Origin: Thermoproteota archaeon
GTDB taxonomy: Archaea; Korarchaeota; Korarchaeia; Korarchaeales; Korarchaeaceae
Assembly (NCBI GenBank): GCA_027491395.1
Contig: JAOZFI010000026.1
Location: 1 to 14,800 of the forward strand
DNA: 14,800 bases
Direction of reading: 5' to 3'
Both the position numbers and the translations under genes were made by a program. Position 1 is the first letter of the stretch. The number at the start of each line of letters is the position of its first letter. Shown one piece after another: positions 7,114 to 14,487 of the stretch. The notes under the pieces are model-generated. The model made no database searches and was not told the origin of the DNA. It saw only the letters and a program-made list of their open reading frames with translations.

Positions 7114-8160
7114 CTATTCTATCTTTCCCTTTCCTTTCATCTCCTCCAGTAGCTCTATGAGCGCCGGAACGACCTCCCTGTAATCTCCTACTATCCCGTA
7201 GTCCGCATGCTCGAATATGGGAGCATCGGGATCTATGTTTATGGCTACGACCCTCTTCGCCTCCCTTATGCCGAACACATGCTGGGCTGCCCCACTTATC
7301 GCAACTGCTATATACAGGTTCGGTTTAACGGCTTTCCCGGTCTGTCCCACCTGCATGTCGTGGCCTATCCATCCAGCGTCAACTGCCTTACTAGAGCCAG
7401 CTATAACTCCGCCTAGAAGGTCAGCCAGCCTCTTTAAAAGTTCAAATCCCTCCTTGGAACCAATCCCCTTACCTCCAGCCACTATAACCTCGGCCTTCTC
7501 AATAGGAATCTCCTCCTTCTTCATGATGGGCTCCCTGCCCAAAAGCCTGATCCCCCTTGGTGGGGGTATCTCAACCCTCTCCTCGTATATCTCACCATGC
7601 CTGCTCTCATCCCTCTCCGGGGTGGGGAATATGTTGGGCCTCACTGAACCCATCACCGGCCTCCTGTTCCTAGTGACTATGTGGGCGAGCATGAAACCGC
7701 CGAAGGGCGGCCTTATCAGCACCACGTCACCCCTTTCGTCCACATCCATGGAGGTCAGGTCCGCTGTTATTCCCGTCCTGAAGGAGTTCGCCACATATGG
7801 CGCCAGCTCCCTGCCCCTCAGCGTTGCCGGGATGAGGAATACTTCCGGTTTGTACTTAGAGGCCAACTCATATAGTACTTTCCCCCACACGGTCGGGTAG
7901 TATACAGAGAGCCTCTCGTCATCCACGACATAGACCCTGTCTGCCCCGTAGTAGATGGGCTTCTCAGCCAGCTCTCTCACCCCGCTACCTATAAGGGCCA
8001 CTCCCACATACGTGTTCAGCTTGTCCGCCAGTTCTCTGGCGGCACCGATAAGCTGCAGGCTTGCTTCCTCTATCTCCTTCCCCTCATTGTCTGCGAAGGC
8101 CGCTACCCAAACGCCCTCGTACTCCTCCAAGTTTATCTCGGGCCACTCCTTGCAGACCAT
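7114..8160 (-). CDS. fixB: Electron transfer flavoprotein alpha subunit (FixB/EtfA)
   Basis: GRELAP, TGITAD, IRPPFGG, VRPNIF, IVAGGKG, QVGQTGKAVKPNLYIAVAISGAAQH and AINIDPDAPIF. GGTGA RBS. Confidence 0.96.
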   Translation of the reverse strand: MVCKEWPEINLEEYEGVWVAAFADNEGKEIEEASLQLIGAARELADKLNTYVGVALIGSGVRELAEKPIYYGADRVYVVDDERLSVYYPTVWGKVLYELASKYKPEVFLIPATLRGRELAPYVANSFRTGITADLTSMDVDERGDVVLIRPPFGGFMLAHIVTRNRRPVMGSVRPNIFPTPERDESRHGEIYEERVEIPPPRGIRLLGREPIMKKEEIPIEKAEVIVAGGKGIGSKEGFELLKRLADLLGGVIAGSSKAVDAGWIGHDMQVGQTGKAVKPNLYIAVAISGAAQHVFGIREAKRVVAINIDPDAPIFEHADYGIVGDYREVVPALIELLEEMKGKGKIE

Positions 8161-8164
8161 TTCA

Positions 8165-8962
8165 TCACCCCAGCTCCAGCAATCCCTCTTCCTTCAGCTT
8201 CTCCAGTAACCATTTAGCAGCCTCTCTCGCTTCTCCCCTGAAGACCTCATTCTTCCTAGGAACTTTCGGGACCATCTCAATCTTAGACAGCGCTGTTGGG
8301 GAGCCCCTCAACCCGATGCACTCGGGATCGAGGCCGAGCACCTCGTTACTCCAAGTTTTTATGGGGTTCTCGAGCTTCACCCTGAGCTTATTGGATACCC
8401 TCACCCTCCTTGGATTCAGGGAATGCATGGCGACGGATATTAGCGCTGGCAGATCCAGTTCGTAAGTCTCATGGGCATCCTCCAAGCTCCTCCTCACCAC
8501 GAGCTTCCCGCCCCTGAGCTCAGCGTGAGTCACGTAGTAGACGTAAGGGAGGTCCAGCCACGATGCGACCTGAGCCCCGATATGTGCCGTCGAGGAGTCT
8601 ATGGTCTCCTGTCCGAAGATTATCAGGTCGTAGTCGAGCCTATCTATCACCTTGGCCAGCACGTAAGAGGTAGCCAAGGTATCGGCGCCAGCGAAGGCCC
8701 GGTCCGACACGAGAATTGCCTCATCAGCGCCCATCCCCAGAACGTGCTCCAGTCCGGCGATAGCTGAGGGAGGGGACATGGTAATCACGGTCACCTTCCC
8801 GCCGTACTCGTCCTTCAGGCGGAGAGCCATCTCCACGGCCTCGAGATCGTGAGGATTCACCACGCTCGGTATACCTTCCCTTATGAGGGTGCCTGTGTTG
8901 GGATCTATGTTGACGGATGTGGTGTTCGGGACCCACTTTATGCCCACGACCACTTTAAGCAT
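8165..8962 (-). CDS. fixA: Electron transfer flavoprotein beta subunit (FixA/EtfB)
   Basis: IKWVP, TLIREG, VNPHDLEAVEMAL, DRAFAGADTLATS, GQETIDSSTAHIG and GLRGSPT. GGTGA RBS. Confidence 0.96.
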   Translation of the reverse strand: MLKVVVGIKWVPNTTSVNIDPNTGTLIREGIPSVVNPHDLEAVEMALRLKDEYGGKVTVITMSPPSAIAGLEHVLGMGADEAILVSDRAFAGADTLATSYVLAKVIDRLDYDLIIFGQETIDSSTAHIGAQVASWLDLPYVYYVTHAELRGGKLVVRRSLEDAHETYELDLPALISVAMHSLNPRRVRVSNKLRVKLENPIKTWSNEVLGLDPECIGLRGSPTALSKIEMVPKVPRKNEVFRGEAREAAKWLLEKLKEEGLLELG

Positions 8963-8977
8963 ACCATCACCCCCAAC

Positions 8978-9262
8978 TCAACTGAACCTGAAGTGGATCC
9001 CCCTCCCGCTGACCGGGTAATCCCATTGGATCGCGTCGTGAGGGCAGATCAGCCTGCATGTTCCACATTCGAGGCAACCCTCGTAGCTGAAAAGCACCTC
9101 ATCCCCGGCCAGCGTATAGCACTGAGCAGGACAGAGAAGGAGGCAAGGCTTCTCCTCGCACTCCCTGCACTTGGTCGCGTCCACTCTTATGTGGGGCTCG
9201 TAGTCAACGTCCCAAACGTCGTTGTTCAGGATGTCATCGACCCTCATGGGCTTCCTCATCAT
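8978..9262 (-). CDS. fixX: Ferredoxin-like protein FixX
   Basis: 94 aa with PHI, CRECEEKPCLLLCPAQCY, GCLECGTCRLICP and WDYPVSGRGI. ATGA overlap with the fixC stop. Confidence 0.95.
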   Translation of the reverse strand: MMRKPMRVDDILNNDVWDVDYEPHIRVDATKCRECEEKPCLLLCPAQCYTLAGDEVLFSYEGCLECGTCRLICPHDAIQWDYPVSGRGIHFRFS

Positions 9263-10557
9263 ACGCTCCTCACCACCTCCAGCAAGTCACTTATCAGATC
9301 CAGCCAACCGACCCTTCCCTTTCTAGCCCTCTTGAATGCCTCCATTACCTTGGGAACCTCGTAAGATGAGTGGAAGAGCTGGCCCATAACCGAGTTCAAT
9401 AGTTCGGGGTAGGTGGAGTAGAGCCTGCGGTTTTCCCTCATCTTGGGGGCGTTCCTGAACTTCCTCAGCTGCTTCACGATGAAGCTCTCCTCAAGCAACC
9501 TCTCATACACCGACAGGTTCTCTGAGGTCATGCCTCCCATCTCATGGGCCTTCTCCACGGCCTTCGCTGCTAGATAACCGGAGTAAGCTGCGTAGTCCAC
9601 GCCCCTGAAGTTGTATCCCAAATTTAAGAGCAGACCAGCCGCATCTCCTGCGACGAGGAGGCCATCGGCGTAGAGCCTGTGGGGAAGGGAGGGCCAGGTG
9701 TACTCTGGCACGAGGTGAGCCGAGTACTCCATTATCCTCCCGTTCCTGAAGTACCTCTCGAGGAGGGGGTGCAACCTCAAAGCCTCCACGTAGCGGGAGA
9801 TGTGCTCTCTCACTTCCTTCACCGCCTCTCCAAGCATGACCACGAGGCCCAAGCTAACAGAATCCTTATTCGTGTAGAGGAAGGCCCCTCCTGGGAGCCC
9901 CCCTGTGATGTCACCCATCATGAGCCACGCCAAACCTTCACCCTCCTTAAGACTGAACAGATCCTCTATCTCCTTCTTCGGCAGCTTTATCACTTCCTTG
10001 ACTCCCAAGCCAGCGTGCCTCAGCTCGAGCTTGGGGACCAGCCCCGCCCTTTCCAGCAGGAGCCTGTTTATCCCCTCGGCATCTATCACCACTTCGCTAG
10101 AGACCTTCTCATCACCCACCCTTATGCCCGTCACTTTTCCATTCTCCACCACCAGCTCGTCTACGGTTATCTCGGTGAGCACCGTTCCACCAACCTCTTC
10201 CACTTTCTTGGCCATCCAGCAGGCCAGCTCGGTCAGGTATGTGGTGAAGGACGTATTCTTCCTCATGTAGAATTCGAAGGAGGTCATCGCATCACCACTG
10301 ACCATCGATATCCTCTCCTTGGTAACCCACCTGTGAATCGGAGCCGAGTCATCGAATCCGTCGAACACCTCTCTGAGGGGATCAGCATAGACCCTGCCAC
10401 CGAAAACGTTCTTTGAACCGGGTATCCTGCCTCTCTCCACCAGCAGGACCTTGAATCCCTTCTTGGCCAAGGTATATGCGGAGGCCGAGCCCGCTGGCCC
10501 TGCTCCTACAACTATAACATCGAATCTGTAACCGACCTCTTTCAAGCTTGAAAACAC
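9259..10557 (-). CDS. fixC: FAD-dependent ETF:quinone oxidoreductase FixC
   Basis: DVIVVGAGPAG, ERGRIPGSKNVFGG, GVKEVI, GGAFLYTNKDSVSLG, EYSAHLVPE and LVAGDAAG. The start may be TTG 10545, downstream of GGAGGGTG. Confidence 0.95.
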   Translation of the reverse strand: MFSSLKEVGYRFDVIVVGAGPAGSASAYTLAKKGFKVLLVERGRIPGSKNVFGGRVYADPLREVFDGFDDSAPIHRWVTKERISMVSGDAMTSFEFYMRKNTSFTTYLTELACWMAKKVEEVGGTVLTEITVDELVVENGKVTGIRVGDEKVSSEVVIDAEGINRLLLERAGLVPKLELRHAGLGVKEVIKLPKKEIEDLFSLKEGEGLAWLMMGDITGGLPGGAFLYTNKDSVSLGLVVMLGEAVKEVREHISRYVEALRLHPLLERYFRNGRIMEYSAHLVPEYTWPSLPHRLYADGLLVAGDAAGLLLNLGYNFRGVDYAAYSGYLAAKAVEKAHEMGGMTSENLSVYERLLEESFIVKQLRKFRNAPKMRENRRLYSTYPELLNSVMGQLFHSSYEVPKVMEAFKRARKGRVGWLDLISDLLEVVRSV

Positions 10558-10588
10558 CCTCCAGGTGCCTTTTCCAACTATTGAAATC

Positions 10589-10602
10589 TAATAAACTTTT
10601 GT
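10589..10602 (-). promoter_or_regulatory. BRE-TATA promoter of the fixCXAB operon
   Basis: Minus strand ACAAAAG-TTTATTA, about 32 bp upstream of the fixC GTG. Confidence 0.55.
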
Positions 10603-10801
10603 GAGGCTAAATGGGACCCTCTGAGCCCTATTCGGTTTGAGATAAGGCGTTCTTAAAACAAATCAACGAGCAAAAATGTTTAACAACCTCGAGGTAGAAG
10701 GGGGCGGGATGAAAGCGGAATGCTAACTTCGAGGCCCCCCATCTCAGGTGGGGACCCCCGACATACCTGAAGTTTAAATCGGATTGGAGGATCTCTTCTG
10801 G

Positions 10802-11560
10802 ATGCAGCTTCGTACAATCCTCGAGAGGCTCGCTCGTGGTGAAATAGGCTTAGAGGAGGCGGAGAAACTCATCCGGTCTTGGGAAGTAAGGCGACTCGGG
10901 GAGACCCTGAAGCTTGACTTGGGAAGGGAAGTAAGGATGGGGTTACCTGAGGTGATCTTGGCCCAATGGAAGGGAGAGGAGGATCTCAGGAAGGCGATAT
11001 CCGGAGCGCTGGAAGCGAGGGGTCGGGCCCTAGTATCTAGGATATCGGAGGGGCAGATCCCGATAATAGAGGAGTTCGAGCGGGAATACCATGTGAGGAG
11101 GAGTCCAAACGCAAGAGTTTATGTGATAAGGAGGCGGGATCTCCCGTCATCTCAGCCTAAGGGGAAGGTGGGTATAATAGCGGCGGGCACGTCAGATGTC
11201 CCCATAGCCGAAGAGGTCAGGTTGATGGTGGAGGAGGGCGGATGCTCCACAGTGAGGGCGTACGATGCGGGGGTGGCGAACCTCAAGAGGACTTTGGATG
11301 CAGTTGCTGACGTAGTGGAGGAGGGAGCTGACGTCATTGTTGCCATAGCTGGGATGGAGGGCTCACTCCCTTCGGTCGTGGCCTCCTTGGTTGATACCTT
11401 GGTGATCGGGCTACCCACCTCGGTCGGGTACGGGATGGGAGGCGGGGGAGAAGCGGCCTTGCTCTCCATGCTCCAGTCATGCGCGCCCGGGCTGGTGGTG
11501 GTCAACATAGACAACAGCGTCGCGGCGGCCTACGCCGCCATTTCCGTGTGCAGGAGGTGA
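10802..11560 (+). CDS. larB: NaAD carboxylase/hydrolase LarB (PurE-like)
   Basis: KLDLGREVRMGLPEVILAQWK, AAGTSDVPIAEE, DAGVA, AIAGMEGSLPSVV, IGLPTSVGYG and MLQSCAPGLVVVNIDN. ATG 10802 preferred over TTG 10784 because TTTAAAT (10773-10779) is at TATA distance. Confidence 0.95.
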   Translation: MQLRTILERLARGEIGLEEAEKLIRSWEVRRLGETLKLDLGREVRMGLPEVILAQWKGEEDLRKAISGALEARGRALVSRISEGQIPIIEEFEREYHVRRSPNARVYVIRRRDLPSSQPKGKVGIIAAGTSDVPIAEEVRLMVEEGGCSTVRAYDAGVANLKRTLDAVADVVEEGADVIVAIAGMEGSLPSVVASLVDTLVIGLPTSVGYGMGGGGEAALLSMLQSCAPGLVVVNIDNSVAAAYAAISVCRR

Positions 11561-11564
11561 TGGC

Positions 11565-12809
11565 ATGCTCGTCATAGACCCTAGGATGGCGGGGATATCG
11601 GGGGACATGCTCCTCTCCGCCCTAGTGGACCTCACGGGAATGGAAGAAGAGGTGCAAGAGGTGGCGGAGGTCATTTCCTCGACGCTGGATTACGTGGACA
11701 GGATCAAGGTGGAGTTCAGGGATGTCAGGAGGGGGGGCCTCAGGGGGAGAAGAATGATCGTCACCTTGAAAGAAAGGGTTGAGAGACTCTGGGCTTCCGA
11801 AGCTTTGAGGCATGCCGAGGATATGTGTAGGAACTTGGGCTTGGGTGAGAAGGCATCTGCCCTCGTGAGGAATGCAATCAACGAGTTAGCGAACGCCGAG
11901 ATCTCCGCCCATGGTTACGAGCCTGAAAAGGCGCACTTCCACGAGCTCGGCTCAGCTGACACATTCTTGGACGTGCTAGGAGTGGCCAGCATCCTCCAAG
12001 GATCGAAACTAATAGACGAGTTGGTGTATACCACCCCTCCAGCCTTGGGGGGCGGTTACGTGGAAGTCTCCCACGGCTACCTGCCGGTGCCAACTCCCGC
12101 AGTCTTGGAGATTCTGAGGAGGCACAACTACAGGGTATCATCAGTTCCCGTTGAAGCGGAACTCACTACCCCCACGGGAGCCGCCCTCTTAGTAAACTTG
12201 GCTTCTGTGGTCGTGGATACCCTGCCGCTTATGAGGATCGAGGGAGTTGGGGTAGGAGCTGGAGAGAGGGAGCTGGACAGGGTGCCCAACCTCCTCAGGG
12301 TGATCAGAGGATCGGAGAGTGGACAGTTGAGTATGGGCGGGGGTGTGGAAATCGTCACCCTTTTGGAGACGAATGTGGATGACGTCCCCGGAGAGGTGCT
12401 GGGTCACGTGATCAATGAGCTAATGAGGCAAGGGGCTCTTGATGTGTCCGTGCTCCCGGCTACTGGGAAGAAGGGTAGACCAGCGCACCTGATCAGAGTG
12501 CTCTCCAATCCCTGGGCGGCTGAGGAGCTGGCCACCCTGTTGATGAGGGAGACTGGCACCTTGGGCGTGAGGTTGATGGATGTCCCGAGGATGGTGGCGG
12601 AGAGGGATTTGAGGACCGTCAGGCTGGAGTTACTTGGAAGGAGCTATGAGATCAGGGTGAAGGTATCGAGCATCGGGGGAAAGGTGCTCAGTGTGAAGCC
12701 GGAGCACGACGATCTGGTTAGGATCTCTAGGGAGGCGGGCATTCCCTTGAGGAGGGTTGAGGATTACGTGAGGTCTCGCCTAGCCGGCAGCTTTTGGGGA
12801 GGTCGTTAA
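11565..12809 (+). CDS. larC: CTP-dependent nickel insertase LarC (single uninterrupted ORF)
   Basis: AGISGDMLLSALVD, AEISAHG, HFHELG, SHGYLPVPTPA, ELTTPTGAAL, PNLLR, LETNVDD, GALDV, KKGRP, ETGTLGVR and KPEHDD. GGAGGTGA RBS overlaps the larB stop. Confidence 0.96.
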   Translation: MLVIDPRMAGISGDMLLSALVDLTGMEEEVQEVAEVISSTLDYVDRIKVEFRDVRRGGLRGRRMIVTLKERVERLWASEALRHAEDMCRNLGLGEKASALVRNAINELANAEISAHGYEPEKAHFHELGSADTFLDVLGVASILQGSKLIDELVYTTPPALGGGYVEVSHGYLPVPTPAVLEILRRHNYRVSSVPVEAELTTPTGAALLVNLASVVVDTLPLMRIEGVGVGAGERELDRVPNLLRVIRGSESGQLSMGGGVEIVTLLETNVDDVPGEVLGHVINELMRQGALDVSVLPATGKKGRPAHLIRVLSNPWAAEELATLLMRETGTLGVRLMDVPRMVAERDLRTVRLELLGRSYEIRVKVSSIGGKVLSVKPEHDDLVRISREAGIPLRRVEDYVRSRLAGSFWGGR

Positions 12810-13231
12810 GTGGAGGTTAACAGATCTGTTACCTCGGTTCGATGGATCTTTTTAGAGATCAGGGAGAGAGCCTCTCTCCTCGGGAGTAGCTTTCAACATA
12901 GCCCAGCTATCTGATCCACCTGAGATCGCGCGATATACGAGAGGAGCTGCTAAGGAGCTCGATCGGAGGTTCTATTGGGTTTCGATCTCCTAGCTACGAA
13001 GCTTGAATTACATGGGTAGAGGCTTGGTCGGAACTGTGCACCAAGCTGGAAGGGATTGAGAGTCCTTGGAAATCGCGCTGCGCGATATAGTCTTCGGTCA
13101 TTCCCGGAGTTCCAGAACATCCACCGAGAGCTCGCATCGACGCTGAACCGCTGAGATTGTGAGCGGTTTAAGCTATGCGCTTTCTCGAGGAACACGGGAT
13201 TATTAACTGGTCTTCCCCTCCAATAGAATCG

Positions 13232-13669
13232 ATGGGTTCACACAAGCGCGAGGAGGGTAGGAGGGGAGAGAGCTCAGTGAGGTTCGGAGTGTCGGTGCCG
13301 GCCGACCTGCTCAGGGAGTTCGACGAAGTGATCTCCAAGATAGGGATGAAGCGTTCTAAGGCGATTAGGCTGGCCATGAGGAACTTCCTATCAGAGAGGA
13401 ACTGGGAGTGTCAGGAGAAGGAGGTCGTGGGGACGATAAACCTCCTCTACGACCACGAGGTCAGAGGGCTGGAAGAGTTCCTGACGGAGGTGCAGCACGA
13501 GTTCTTGGATGTAGTTCTCTTCAACACCCACATCCACTTGGACAGGGAAAACTGCCTCATGGTCATAGTGGTCAGGGGGGACCCCTCCAGAATCAGGAAG
13601 ATGATCGAGAGGATATCCTCAAAGAGAGGCGTCAAGCAGGTGAGGACGCTCATAAGCAGCATGAGCTGA
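13232..13669 (+). CDS. nikR: Nickel-responsive ribbon-helix-helix regulator NikR
   Basis: RHH N-terminus (RFGVSVPADLLREFD...RSKAIR), then GTINLLYDH and the nickel ligands QH...HIHLD...C. Start moved from 13175 to ATG 13232 because TTATTAA is at 13200-13206. Confidence 0.92.
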   Translation: MGSHKREEGRRGESSVRFGVSVPADLLREFDEVISKIGMKRSKAIRLAMRNFLSERNWECQEKEVVGTINLLYDHEVRGLEEFLTEVQHEFLDVVLFNTHIHLDRENCLMVIVVRGDPSRIRKMIERISSKRGVKQVRTLISSMS

Positions 13670-13711
13670 ATTATTTAACTCTTGATCCAGCCCGGTCCGG
13701 CCTAGCCCAGC

Positions 13712-14125
13712 CTAACTCGTCTCCATGTGGTCCAATGCCGAAAGGATCCTGTACAGGAGTTCTCGAACGTCAGAGAACTCAAGCAAGATCAGACTAGGGT
13801 TACCAGATATCAGCTTGGACACCTTAGTCCCCTTTCGGTAGAACGCTATTACCTCTTTCCCTCTCTTTAATGCCTCGCATATCTCGTACCCGACTCCCAA
13901 GCTCGGATACGTCACATCAGCCAGCAAGATATCCGCCTCTACCAGCATCCTCATGTCCCGCTCGAAAACGTAGGAATGGTCAGCAGTTTCATCGGGAGAT
14001 TCGGGGAGGTAAATCTCCTCATTGACCACGTCGTGCCCCTTACCCTTCAGGAAGGAGATAAGCTCCCTAGCTAGGTCGAGGTCCCTCCCAGCGCCCCTTA
14101 TAGATGTGGCGAGATACACCTTCAT
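13712..14125 (-). CDS. Nucleoside 2-deoxyribosyltransferase superfamily protein, DNPH1/Rcl-like nucleotide N-hydrolase
   Basis: KVYLATSIRG, VFERDMRML..AD, ADVTYPSLGVGYEI (catalytic Glu) and SKLISGN. TATA-like AAATATAT at about 14148-14155 on the minus strand. Confidence 0.85.
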   Translation of the reverse strand: MKVYLATSIRGAGRDLDLARELISFLKGKGHDVVNEEIYLPESPDETADHSYVFERDMRMLVEADILLADVTYPSLGVGYEICEALKRGKEVIAFYRKGTKVSKLISGNPSLILLEFSDVRELLYRILSALDHMETS

Positions 14126-14292
14126 CCCGTCGTCAACTAGGATGCAGATATATTTGTTAGGGCCTCCTCCGGTTATGCCTAGGAACTCTTGAGGAGAACA
14201 CCAACTACCCGCTTAGCAGATTCATAGCCCAATTGGGTACGATCACCGAGGTGACGAAACTCCCGCTTGAATCGACCCTCTTCAGGCTAGGC

Positions 14293-14421
14293 TTAACCGG
14301 TACGTCCTCCCATGTCCCCCCTATCGTTGAGCACGTACCCCCCAAAACTCTCTTTCAGCTCCGCATTTGAGTGCCACTCGTGATCCCTATCGTTGAGCAC
14401 GTACCCCCCAAAACCCGACAT
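14293..14421 (-). CDS. Possible 42-aa small ORF or gene remnant spanning the repeat
   Basis: Manual translation: MSGFGGYVLNDRDHEWHSNAELKESFGGYVLNDRGDMGGRTG*. Below the ORF-track cut-off. Expression is unproven. Confidence 0.3.
   Translation of the reverse strand: MSGFGGYVLNDRDHEWHSNAELKESFGGYVLNDRGDMGGRTG
14319..14414. repeat. Two identical 30-bp direct repeats separated by a 36-bp unique spacer
   Basis: CCCTATCGTTGAGCACGTACCCCCCAAAAC at 14319-14348 and 14385-14414. Spacer TCTCTTTCAGCTCCGCATTTGAGTGCCACTCGTGAT at 14349-14384. Confidence 0.95.
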
Positions 14422-14487
14422 TCCCCTTCGGATCAGATCAGAGGAGAAATATGAAATGGAAATTTACCACTATAGGAAACAGCCATC

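Noticed and set aside
7207-10416. Long plus-strand ORFs (227, 171, 245 aa and others) opposite the fix operon
   Set aside because: They fully overlap well-supported fix genes and are expected from codon bias.
10620-10756. NiCo (nickel/cobalt) riboswitch upstream of larB, suggested by CTGAGC and GTGGGGAC
   Set aside because: The segments are too far apart, separated by an AT-rich promoter, and I could not form the four-way junction.
12810-13230. RNase P RNA, SRP RNA or tRNA in the larC-nikR gap
   Set aside because: None of the hallmark motifs (P4 GAGGAAA-TCC, SRP helix 8 with GGAA loop, T-loop GTTCRA in a cloverleaf) were found on either strand by eye.
12950-13377. Minus-strand ORFs 12950..13195 and 13168..13377, and the 13175 start for nikR
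   Set aside because: Atypical composition and no motifs. The nikR TATA at 13200-13206 lies inside the longer ORF call, which favours ATG 13232.
14236-14262. TCACC-GA-GGTGA stem followed by CGAAAC, resembling hammerhead stem II
   Set aside because: The upstream sequence is GGTACGA rather than CTGANGA, and stems I and III could not be built.
14253-14480. Third degenerate copy of the 30-bp repeat at plus or minus 66 bp
   Set aside because: Only a terminal AAAC matches at 14477-14480 and there is weak gapped similarity near 14262-14280. That is not enough to call a CRISPR array.
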